A model generated the notes under the pieces. It had not been told where the DNA came from. It was given only the letters and a program-made list of their open reading frames with translations, and ran no database searches. The position numbers were made by a program, and so were the translations under genes. From a virus, in IMG/VR virus record IMGVR_UViG_3300045988_093606: 36,091 nucleotides of DNA; one strand, 5' to 3'. Shown here in pieces: positions 14,801 to 22,840 of the stretch (positions are counted from its first letter, which is position 1; every line of letters starts with the position of its first letter).

Positions 14801-15268
14801 ATGAATGAGATCAAATTGAAACCTTGCCCGTTTTGTGGCGGAACAGCTATAGAAAGATTTGCAGACGATATGTACTTTTTTGAATGCGACATCTGCAGAT
14901 CAAGAGGGCAAAAAGCCAGAACGATGGATGATGCGGCGATATTGTGGAATGGTCGTGTTACTCCGCCAGACCACCACAAAAACAGCCAGTGGAACAAGCA
15001 TGGCGCATATTTTTATTGTGCGAAATGCGGTTGTCGGCAGAAAAATAAGACCAAATTCTGCGCATACTGCGGTGCAAAAATGAAAGACTGCAAAACGTAT
15101 GCGGATTATTTTGACGAAAATTTCCCGAAGGACAAGTTTCCAAAGGTTGACCGCAGTTCTATATGCCGCAGGAGTTTGTTTGGCAGATATTCGGAAGATA
15201 CACTGTGCGAAAAAAGCGAATTTGATTGTAGAGAGTGTTGGGAAGAAGTTATGGAGGTACAGCAATGA
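14801..15268 (+). CDS. Lar-family restriction-alleviation-like protein fused to an extra zinc ribbon and a Cys-rich tail, 155 aa
   Basis: LKPCPFCGGTA...FECDICRSRG...MDDAAILWNGR matches the Lar_restr_allev pattern. It is followed by YCAKCGCRQ...FCAYCGAKM. GC is visibly lower than in neighbouring genes. Confidence 0.65.
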   Translation: MNEIKLKPCPFCGGTAIERFADDMYFFECDICRSRGQKARTMDDAAILWNGRVTPPDHHKNSQWNKHGAYFYCAKCGCRQKNKTKFCAYCGAKMKDCKTYADYFDENFPKDKFPKVDRSSICRRSLFGRYSEDTLCEKSEFDCRECWEEVMEVQQ

Positions 15269-15669
15269 CCCTAGAAACCCTAAAACAATGCCGCAGCGCA
15301 TCGCTGGCACGCACAGCCGTCAAGCGGCGCATTGCAGAGCTGCGGGAAGATGCAACAGGCATCAGCGGCATCCGATACGACGGCGATATGCCGCACACCA
15401 GAGGAGAGCCGCTGTCACGACAGCAGCGATACGTTGAGGCACTGGAACAGCTTTCCGCCGAATACGAAGAAACAACTGCCGCATGGGCAGAGAGAGCCGC
15501 AGAAGTAGAACGTGCCGTGCGATTCCTGCCGCCGAAACTGGCAGAATTGGTGCGGCTGCGATACATCGACGGTCTGAAATGGGAACAGGTCAACGAACGT
15601 CTGTACATATCGTCGACAACTTCCAAACGGCTGCATCACGCTGCGCTGAAAAAAATGGGGCTGGAATAA
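15265..15669 (+). CDS. Late-gene regulator with a sigma-70 region-4-like HTH (RinA/ArpU/sigma-like), 134 aa
   Basis: The C-terminus is LPPKLAELVRLRYIDGLKWEQVNERLYISSTTSKRLHHAALKKM. ATGA coupling. Sits immediately upstream of terS. Confidence 0.65.
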   Translation: MTLETLKQCRSASLARTAVKRRIAELREDATGISGIRYDGDMPHTRGEPLSRQQRYVEALEQLSAEYEETTAAWAERAAEVERAVRFLPPKLAELVRLRYIDGLKWEQVNERLYISSTTSKRLHHAALKKMGLE

Positions 15670-15673
15670 AAGT

Positions 15674-15708
15674 TGGACTTTTATGGACTCCTCGACCTGT
15701 GCTATAAT
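15674..15708 (+). promoter_or_regulatory. Late promoter candidate: TGGACT-N4-TGGACT direct repeat (15674-15689) plus extended -10 TGcTATAAT (15700-15708), with no good -35
   Basis: Read directly. Lies between the late regulator and terS. Confidence 0.5.
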
Positions 15709-15731
15709 GATAATATCAAATACTGACAAGA

Positions 15732-15762
15732 ACCGCTGCAAGGGTGACCTTCGGCGGTTTTT
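15732..15762 (+). terminator. Promoter-proximal intrinsic terminator (about 12-bp bulged stem ACCGCTG.AAGG/CCTT.CGGCGGT followed by T5)
   Basis: The hairpin and T-run lie about 25 nt downstream of the -10 and 36 nt upstream of the terS start. Confidence 0.6.
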
Positions 15763-15797
15763 ACATGCCCAAAATCGGAGGTGAGGACGGTGGTGAG

Positions 15798-16199
15798 ATG
15801 CTGACAGAACAGCGTAAACGACTTGTGGAAGAATACATCAAGCTGCGGTGCAAAGACCAGCGCCAGGCGGCGATCAACGCCGGATACAGTCCGAGATCAG
15901 CAGCAGTGCAGGCGTGTGAGATACTGAAAAATCCCGAAGTACAGGAATATCTGCAGGAGCAAAAACGTGCGGTATTCCGCCGTGTACAGGAAGAACTGGC
16001 AATTTCCGCTTCGGATGCGGTTGCAACCGTGTACGCCATTATGACGGACGCAGAGGCGAAAGATGCGGACAGGCTGAAAGCCGCCTTTGATATTCTCGAC
16101 CGTGCCGGATTCCGTCCGGGGGACAAGACAGATGCGGGCGATGCGGCTGCAGAACTGCCGAAACTGCTGGAGGCATTGGAGGATAACGATGACGTTTGA
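15798..16199 (+). CDS. terS: Terminase small subunit (Terminase_2/P27-like), 133 aa
   Basis: RKRLVEEYIK...QRQAAINAGYSPRSAAVQACEILKNPEVQEY is the typical TerS HTH. Overlaps the terL start. Confidence 0.8.
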   Translation: MLTEQRKRLVEEYIKLRCKDQRQAAINAGYSPRSAAVQACEILKNPEVQEYLQEQKRAVFRRVQEELAISASDAVATVYAIMTDAEAKDADRLKAAFDILDRAGFRPGDKTDAGDAAAELPKLLEALEDNDDV

Positions 16200-17454
16200 G
16201 AAACTTTCCCGAAAACAGAAGACTGTGTTCCGCTGGGCATACCGTCCGGAGGCTTACGCCTTGATCTGTGACGGCTCTGTCCGTTCTGGCAAGACTGCAG
16301 CAATGGCGTGCAGTTTTATCCACTGGGCAATGTCACAGTTTGACGGAGAGCGGTTTGCGATCTGCGGGAACACCGTAAAATCTGCGGAGCGAAACATCAT
16401 CATGGAGATCATGCAGATGGTTGACATCACGCACTACTACGATGTGTCGTATGTGGGCGGAGATTCCCACCTGATGACGGTTTCCGGCTGCGGCAAAAGC
16501 AATCGTTTTTACGTGTTTGGCGGAAAAGACGAAGGCTCTTACAAGCTTGTACAAGGGCTGACGCTGGCAGGAGTTCTGTTCGACGAAGTGGCGCTGATGC
16601 CGGAAAGCTTTGTGAATCAGGCGATCGCCCGTACCTTGTCTGTGGACGGCACCAGGTTGTGGTTTAACTGCAACCCGGACAGCCCCGAACACTGGTTTTA
16701 CAAGAACTGGATACAAAAAGCAGACAACGGCGAAAGAAATGACGTGCTGCACCTGCATTTCACAATGTGGGATAACCCGATCATGACCGCCGAAAAGATC
16801 CACCGTGCAGAGGGAATGTATGCAGGCGTGTTTTACGACAGATACATTCAGGGGCAGTGGGTAGTCGCAGAAGGCACTGTATACACCATGTTTGACAGGC
16901 AGCGGCATATCGTTCCGGATACGGTCAAGCTGCTGCCGGACGGGGATTACTTTATCTCCTGCGACTACGGCACGCTGAACCCGACCAGTGCAGGACTTTG
17001 GTATCTGGATCCGACCGGACACGCCACACGGCTGCGGGAGTATTACTACAGCGGACGAGACGGCACGCCACGGACCGATGAGGAACACTACAAAGCACTG
17101 GAACAGCTGGCGGGAGAATGTATTGACGAGATACGTGCGGTCATTGTGGACCCGTCGGCAGCGTCGTTTATCGCCTGTATCCGACGGCACGGCAGGATGC
17201 GTGTCAAGCAGGCGGACAACAGCGTGCTTGACGGGATACGGGACACATCTGTGCTGCTGCAGCACGGTTATCTGCACTTTTGCAGCGGTTGTGCAGATGT
17301 GATCCGGGAATTCGGGCTGTATCGATGGAACGAGAAACAGTCCCATGATGCAGTACTGAAAGAAAATGACCACGCCATGGATGATATGCGGTATTTCGTG
17401 CGAACGGCAATGCGGCGGACGATCCGGCAGGTGAGAGGTGAAGCAAAACGATAA
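16189..17454 (+). CDS. terL: Terminase large subunit (PBSX/Terminase_3-like), 421 aa
   Basis: Walker A DGSVRSGKT, Walker B VLFDEV, and a C-terminal RNaseH-like nuclease region (VIVDPS...DDMRY). Confidence 0.9.
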   Translation: MTFEKLSRKQKTVFRWAYRPEAYALICDGSVRSGKTAAMACSFIHWAMSQFDGERFAICGNTVKSAERNIIMEIMQMVDITHYYDVSYVGGDSHLMTVSGCGKSNRFYVFGGKDEGSYKLVQGLTLAGVLFDEVALMPESFVNQAIARTLSVDGTRLWFNCNPDSPEHWFYKNWIQKADNGERNDVLHLHFTMWDNPIMTAEKIHRAEGMYAGVFYDRYIQGQWVVAEGTVYTMFDRQRHIVPDTVKLLPDGDYFISCDYGTLNPTSAGLWYLDPTGHATRLREYYYSGRDGTPRTDEEHYKALEQLAGECIDEIRAVIVDPSAASFIACIRRHGRMRVKQADNSVLDGIRDTSVLLQHGYLHFCSGCADVIREFGLYRWNEKQSHDAVLKENDHAMDDMRYFVRTAMRRTIRQVRGEAKR

Positions 17455-17525
17455 ACATATTTCAGATTCTGGGGAACTGGCTGTTCCGGAACAAGCCGGG
17501 CGCAGAACAGCCGGTATCTTCCCGT

Positions 17526-18836
17526 ATGCAGACCGCACTGGAAACATGGCGGCTGATCTATGAGATGGGCGATGACTGCGGGGCGTTGGGGCTGCCGGCG
17601 GGGATCGCATCGGAGTTCTCACGGCTGATGCTGGCAGAGTCCGACATACACACGGAAGAAAGCAACGCCAGGGCTGTGTTCCTCGGGGAGCAGATGGATG
17701 ATTTTCTTGCAAAGTTCTCCGAAAAAGCAGAGGTAGCGTGCGCTCTGGGCAGCATGGCGTTCAAGCCTTATGTATCCGGCGGGGAAATCCTGGTGGATAT
17801 GATTCGTGCAGACCGGTATGTTCCAACTGCATTTGACGTTAACGGCAATGTGACCGCTGCGGTATTTCTGGCACGCAAAACGGTCGGGAAAGCGTACTAT
17901 ACACGGCTGGAATTCCACAGCTGGGACGCAGCGGCAAAGCGCTATACCGTGGAAAACCAGGCGTACCGGTCGCTGGGCGTGGATTCCCTGGGCGCAGCCT
18001 GCGACTTGTCAGAGGTAGAGGGATGGGAACAGCTGCAGCCGCATCAGGAAATTGCAAATGTGCCTGCTCCGTTGTTTGCGGTATTTCGTATTCCGGCGTC
18101 TAACCGTGTGGATATGGATTCCGCAGTCGGCGTGTCTGTATATGCCAATGCGGTGGATCTGATCCGGCAGGCAGACGAGCAGTGGCGAAAAATCACATGG
18201 GAATATGATGCGTCAGAAATGGCGGTCGATGCGTCAATAGATCTCTTTGACTTTTCTGCTGCGGACAAAAAGACAGAGAAACGGCTGACGCTCCCCAAAG
18301 GCAAAAAGCGGTTGTTCCGGAAATATGACTTCGGGGAAAATGCCGACATCACCAAAATGATGCAGGTGTACGCTCCGGCGATCCGGGACACGTCATTGTT
18401 CAACGGACTGAACCACATCTTACAGCGGATTGAATTCAACGTCGGTCTGGCATACGGGACGATCTCAGAGCCGCAGGACGTGGAAAAAACTGCCGAAGAG
18501 ATACGCACCTCCAAGCAGCGCAGCTATGTACACGTCTCTGCGATGCAGAAATCGTTGGAATATGCGCTGCGGCAGCTGGTAAGCGCTATGGATGTGTATG
18601 CGACGCTGTACCATCTGGCGCCGCAGGGAGCGTGTACGCTGGCGTGCAACTGGGGTGACAGTGTTCTGGAGGATACCGACAAGGAATTCCAGCGGCGGAT
18701 GCAGATGTGCAGCGCCAAGCTGCTGAAACCGGAATATCTGATCTCCTACGCTATGGGCTGCACTGTGGAGGATGCTGCGGAATACATACCGGAGCAGACG
18801 GATGGCGGCGGCTTGTTCGGCGGTGGTGGGTTCTGA
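17526..18836 (+). CDS. Portal protein (SPP1 gp6-like), at least 436 aa; the true start may be upstream
   Basis: Position after terL, plus size. The reading frame is open from 17442 with no ATG/GTG/TTG before 17526. Confidence 0.75.
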   Translation: MQTALETWRLIYEMGDDCGALGLPAGIASEFSRLMLAESDIHTEESNARAVFLGEQMDDFLAKFSEKAEVACALGSMAFKPYVSGGEILVDMIRADRYVPTAFDVNGNVTAAVFLARKTVGKAYYTRLEFHSWDAAAKRYTVENQAYRSLGVDSLGAACDLSEVEGWEQLQPHQEIANVPAPLFAVFRIPASNRVDMDSAVGVSVYANAVDLIRQADEQWRKITWEYDASEMAVDASIDLFDFSAADKKTEKRLTLPKGKKRLFRKYDFGENADITKMMQVYAPAIRDTSLFNGLNHILQRIEFNVGLAYGTISEPQDVEKTAEEIRTSKQRSYVHVSAMQKSLEYALRQLVSAMDVYATLYHLAPQGACTLACNWGDSVLEDTDKEFQRRMQMCSAKLLKPEYLISYAMGCTVEDAAEYIPEQTDGGGLFGGGGF

Positions 18837-20818
18837 TGCGGAACTACGAACCGAATGCGGACCGTGTTGTGGCACTGTATCAGCAGCTGGAAGATGACAT
18901 CATCACTGCGATGATACGGCGCATGATGCGCATGGGCAAGGTGTCTGACACAACAAAGTACCAGGCGGAGATCATGCAGCAGGCTGGCTTGCTGTATACG
19001 GACATTGTGCAGATCATCACTGCCCGGACAGATGCCTGCTCTGCGGCGGTAAAAGCGTTGTTCGAAGATGCGGGCGTGGAAACCGTCAGTATTGAGAATG
19101 ATATCCACGAAACCGCAGAGCAGCTGCCGGTCAACATCCGGCAAAGCAGCCCCATGCGGCGTGTGTTGGAAGCTGGCTACCGCAAAACGCAGAAGACACT
19201 GCGGAATCTGGTCGGCACCACAGCAAGCACCACACAGCAGGCGTTTTATGATGCCTGTGATCGTTCCTATACGCAGGTGTCCTCCGGTGCGTTTTCCTAT
19301 CAGGAGGCGATCCGCACGGCTGTTCGCAGCCTGGCAGACACCGGCGCATACGTCACCTATCCCACCGGACACCGTGATCGCATCGACGTAGCAGTGCGGC
19401 GCTGTACGCTGACCGGCGTAGGGCAGACGTCTGCTGCGGTGTCCAAGACCTACGCAGAGGAAACAGGCTGCCATCTGATGGAACTGACCGCACACAGCGG
19501 TGCCAGACCGGAACACGCAAGGTGGCAGGGGCAGCTTGTCACGCTGACCGGCGAAGACGCCGGAGAAACCATTGACGGGCTGCACGTGTATACCCTGCAT
19601 GAGATCGGCTATGGTTCCGGCGAAGGATTCAAGGGCTGGAACTGCCGCCACGACTGGCACGCATACTACAAAGGCATCTCCAAACCAAATTACACGCTGG
19701 AACAGATCAAAAAGCTGAATGAGAAAAACATCTCATACAACGGCAAAAAGTACACAAAATACGAGATCAGCCAGGTGCAGCGGCAGGGCGAACGGAATGT
19801 ACGGGCGCTAAAGCGGCGGACACTGGCATCGCAGGCGGCGGTGGAAAATGCACCGGACGAAGAAACAAAAGCAGTGCTGCAGGCGGACTATGCGGCAAAT
19901 GCAGCAAAGCTGAAAGAATCCGAAAAGCAGCTGAAAACGTTTTGCAGCCAGACCGGACAGCGGAGAGATACATTCCGGGAACAGGTGGACGGATTTGGAC
20001 GGAGTGCGGCTCAGAAAGCTGTCCATGCAGCGAAACGGCAGAATCAGCAAACAGGCACACTGTCAGCTGAGGCGGCTGGACACGCTGTGGAAATTACACC
20101 ACTTACGTCAAAGGACAACGGCGGTACGGGAAAGACGTATTCGCCGGAGAAAATTACTACGGATTATATGTCACGTTTTACGCCAAAGTATTCCGATCAA
20201 ACAACACTGACTTCCGGAAATGTGCATATGAGTGTCAAAAAAGTTGCAAATAGTCGGTATCAGATGTATGCAGATGCCGATGCAGACCGTAAGAACAAAG
20301 CGGTGCGGCTTACAGAAAAAACGTTGTCAGCTATTCAACCGGAGTTGCCGAAAGATTTCCAGATTCCAAAAGTCGCAGTAGTTGATTTTCAGAAGTACCG
20401 TTTGAATCCAAACGCAATTGCTGGGTATGACAAAATCACCGACACTATGTACATGAACAGCATCTATGATTCTTCTGAGAAGATTCTGAAATATGTAAAT
20501 CTTATACCGGGACAGTTTGCAAATAATACAGAATATGCACCGATTTTGCACGAACTCGGACATAAATTTTACGAAGATTGCATCAAAAGGCTTGCAATTT
20601 CCGAAAATATCGGTTATAATGAAAGTAAGAAAAAGATTGACCGCCGAATTTTCGATTATATCGAAAAGCAAGGCAATCCGGATTATCTTTTGTGTTTCGT
20701 AAGCGGATATGCGTCAGACGGTGAATTATCTGGAAAGTTTACTGAAATTATAGCAGAGTGTTTTTCTGTAAGAAAGAAAAACGCTGTTGCCGACGCAATT
20801 TTAGCACTATTGGAGTGA
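18836..20818 (+). CDS. MuF/SPP1 gp7-family minor head protein with a C-terminal HExxH metallopeptidase-like extension, 660 aa
   Basis: The N-terminal two thirds are MuF-like (..GWNCRHDWH..). HELGH is encoded at 20549-20563. The last ~240 codons are markedly lower in GC. The start overlaps the portal stop (TGATG). Confidence 0.75.
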   Translation: MRNYEPNADRVVALYQQLEDDIITAMIRRMMRMGKVSDTTKYQAEIMQQAGLLYTDIVQIITARTDACSAAVKALFEDAGVETVSIENDIHETAEQLPVNIRQSSPMRRVLEAGYRKTQKTLRNLVGTTASTTQQAFYDACDRSYTQVSSGAFSYQEAIRTAVRSLADTGAYVTYPTGHRDRIDVAVRRCTLTGVGQTSAAVSKTYAEETGCHLMELTAHSGARPEHARWQGQLVTLTGEDAGETIDGLHVYTLHEIGYGSGEGFKGWNCRHDWHAYYKGISKPNYTLEQIKKLNEKNISYNGKKYTKYEISQVQRQGERNVRALKRRTLASQAAVENAPDEETKAVLQADYAANAAKLKESEKQLKTFCSQTGQRRDTFREQVDGFGRSAAQKAVHAAKRQNQQTGTLSAEAAGHAVEITPLTSKDNGGTGKTYSPEKITTDYMSRFTPKYSDQTTLTSGNVHMSVKKVANSRYQMYADADADRKNKAVRLTEKTLSAIQPELPKDFQIPKVAVVDFQKYRLNPNAIAGYDKITDTMYMNSIYDSSEKILKYVNLIPGQFANNTEYAPILHELGHKFYEDCIKRLAISENIGYNESKKKIDRRIFDYIEKQGNPDYLLCFVSGYASDGELSGKFTEIIAECFSVRKKNAVADAILALLE

Positions 20819-20824
20819 TGCTTT

Positions 20825-20977
20825 ATGATGTTACAACCGACAAGCGAACAAGTCGAATTGAGAAATAAGTTGCTTTCTTCCACAAATGAAAAAGAAAAAG
20901 AAACAATTCGAAAAAGGCTGAAAGAAATCGCAATTCAGCAAAAAGAGGCATTAAAAGATTGCCCGTTTGCACATTAA
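20825..20977 (+). CDS. Small helical protein, 50 aa (not in the supplied ORF track)
   Basis: Hand translation gives MMLQPTSEQVELRNKLLSSTNEKEKETIRKRLKEIAIQQKEALKDCPFAH. A GGAG lies 9 nt upstream. Low GC, same as the MuF C-terminal extension. Confidence 0.45.
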   Translation: MMLQPTSEQVELRNKLLSSTNEKEKETIRKRLKEIAIQQKEALKDCPFAH

Positions 20978-21036
20978 CTGAAAAGACGTCTCAAAACACC
21001 ACACATTTTGAGAAGTAAAACCAAATATGATAGAAA

Positions 21037-21060
21037 GCATCTCAAACGAGGTGCTTTTTT
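21037..21060 (+). terminator. Intrinsic terminator (GCATCTC-aaac-GAGGTGC followed by T6); copy 1 of the duplicated 32-bp element at 21035-21066
   Basis: 7-bp stem with one G-U pair, followed by T6. Confidence 0.6.
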
Positions 21061-21080
21061 CATGCCAGAAAGGAGCAGCT

Positions 21081-21242
21081 ATGCTTACAATGATTGTTTT
21101 GTTAGTCCTCCTCTATGCCTTGAACGGAAGTTTTGCCGTTCCCACAGTGTGCTTTGTGCTTTCGTGGATCGGCATTGGATTCGGAGCGTTTGACCTTATT
21201 TTGAAACTGTTTCTGAAAGCTTATGAGAAGCATCTCGACTGA
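21081..21242 (+). CDS. Small two-TM membrane protein, 53 aa
   Basis: MLTMIVLLVLLYALNGSFAVPTVCFVLSWIGIGFGAFDLILKLFL contains two hydrophobic helices. ATG follows AAAGGAG at 6-nt spacing. Confidence 0.6.
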   Translation: MLTMIVLLVLLYALNGSFAVPTVCFVLSWIGIGFGAFDLILKLFLKAYEKHLD

Positions 21243-21253
21243 GGTGCTTTTTT
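21230..21253 (+). terminator. Intrinsic terminator (GCATCTC-gact-GAGGTGC followed by T6); copy 2 of the duplicated 32-bp element at 21228-21259
   Basis: Same stem as copy 1; only the loop differs. Confidence 0.6.
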
Positions 21254-21340
21254 CATGCCCCGACCACGGGCATAAACTGGCGGAGGGCGGAAAACAAGAA
21301 CAATTCAGCCAGCGGGTACGGCGTTCTTATTTGTGAAATC

Positions 21341-21368
21341 AGCAGCTGAGCAATCAGGTGCTATTTTT
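21341..21368 (+). terminator. Terminator-like hairpin (9-bp stem with one mismatch, GCAA loop, aTTTTT) before the scaffold gene
   Basis: AGCAGCTGA-gcaa-TCAGGTGCT followed by ATTTTTAT. Confidence 0.4.
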
Positions 21369-21398
21369 ATACCCAAATCACGAAAGGAATGAAAGAAC

Positions 21399-21923
21399 AT
21401 GGAAGATGAAACCAAAAACGAGCCGACACAGCAGCAGGAGCAGACGCCGGAGCCGCAGGCAAAGACCTACAGCGAAGAGGACTACAACGCACTGCAGGCA
21501 AAGTTGGATGCTGTCACAGGGCAGCTGAACGATGCGAACAGCAAGATCCAGTCGTACACCGAAATGGATATTGACGGCATCAAGCAGTCCGCTGCCGACT
21601 GGCAGAAGAAGTACGAGGCCGCACAGAATCAGATGCAGCAGATGGAGTACAGCGCCAAGCTGGACAAGTTTGTGGCGCAGCAGGGCTGCCGGAATCCGAT
21701 CTATGCGGACTATCTGAAACGCCAGATCGAAAGCAAGCAGCTGAAATTTGACGGCGACACACTGCTCGGCGGCGAAGATGTGGTAAAGGCGCTGAAAGAA
21801 AGCTGCCCGGACGCATTTTCTACAGAAGACGAGAAATCGCCGGTGTTTGTGGATGCCACACCCGGCAGCACAAACAAGGACGTAACGGACGAAATGGTCC
21901 GTCGTGTCATGGGCTTGAAGTGA
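21399..21923 (+). CDS. Scaffolding protein (GP20-like), 174 aa
   Basis: Acidic, Gln-rich coiled coil lying directly upstream of the major capsid gene. Confidence 0.75.
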   Translation: MEDETKNEPTQQQEQTPEPQAKTYSEEDYNALQAKLDAVTGQLNDANSKIQSYTEMDIDGIKQSAADWQKKYEAAQNQMQQMEYSAKLDKFVAQQGCRNPIYADYLKRQIESKQLKFDGDTLLGGEDVVKALKESCPDAFSTEDEKSPVFVDATPGSTNKDVTDEMVRRVMGLK

Positions 21924-21937
21924 GAAAGGAGTAAGAT

Positions 21938-22825
21938 ATGGCAAACAATCTCACACTGATCAAAAAGTATATCGCACTGCTGGACGAAGTGTACAAGAGT
22001 GCGACACTGACCGCTGATCTGGAATCGGATTCCAGCACTGTGCGCCAGGGCAGCAATGCACGGACGATTCTGATCCCGAAGATGAGCATGGACGGTCTGG
22101 GCGACTACAGCCGCAAGGACGGCTATGTTTCCGGCGATGTAGACCTGGAGTGGGTCGAGAAGACATTTAACTACGACCGTGGCAGACGGTTCAGCGTGGA
22201 TGCGATGGACAACGAGGAAACTGCGGCGCTGTCCTTCGGCAAACTTGCATCGGAATTTATCCGAACCAAGGTCGTACCGGAAATGGACGCCTGGCGTTTT
22301 GCATCCTACGCCAAGGCAGCGGGTACCAACAAGAGCGAGGACCTTGCAGACGGCGCAGGCGTGTGTGCTGCAATTACCGCTGCGAATATCGCTATGGATG
22401 AGGCAGAGGTGCCGCAGGAGAGCAGAATCCTGTACATCACACCCACCATGTACGAAGCAATTCAGGCGCTGGACACCTACAAGTCCAAGGCAATGCTGGC
22501 GGGCTTTGCGAAGACCATTCGTGTGCCGCAGACCCGTTTCTACAGCGCAATTGACCTGCTCTCCGGCGTGGACAAGACCAGCTCTTCCGGAGCAGACGAG
22601 AGTGCCGGCGGCTATAAGGCAGCATCTGCCGGCAAGAAACTGAACTTCCTGATCGTGCAGAAGAACTCGCCGATCCAGTTCACCAAGCACACCGTAAACA
22701 AGGTCATCACACCGGAGCAGAACCAGCACTCTGATGCGTGGATGTACTTCTACCGTGCATACGGCATCACTGAAGTGTACGACAACAAGAAGGCTGGCAT
22801 CTACGCATCGGTATCCAAGACCTGA
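21938..22825 (+). CDS. Major capsid protein, 295 aa
   Basis: Position after the scaffold gene, size, and a strong RBS (GAAAGGAG). Confidence 0.8.
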   Translation: MANNLTLIKKYIALLDEVYKSATLTADLESDSSTVRQGSNARTILIPKMSMDGLGDYSRKDGYVSGDVDLEWVEKTFNYDRGRRFSVDAMDNEETAALSFGKLASEFIRTKVVPEMDAWRFASYAKAAGTNKSEDLADGAGVCAAITAANIAMDEAEVPQESRILYITPTMYEAIQALDTYKSKAMLAGFAKTIRVPQTRFYSAIDLLSGVDKTSSSGADESAGGYKAASAGKKLNFLIVQKNSPIQFTKHTVNKVITPEQNQHSDAWMYFYRAYGITEVYDNKKAGIYASVSKT

Positions 22826-22840
22826 TCGGAGGTGAGCCGT

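Noticed and set aside
21027-21080. Longer 71-aa version of the small membrane protein starting at 21027
   Set aside because: The extension runs through the first terminator hairpin and T-run and has no RBS. The ATG at 21081 follows AAAGGAG.
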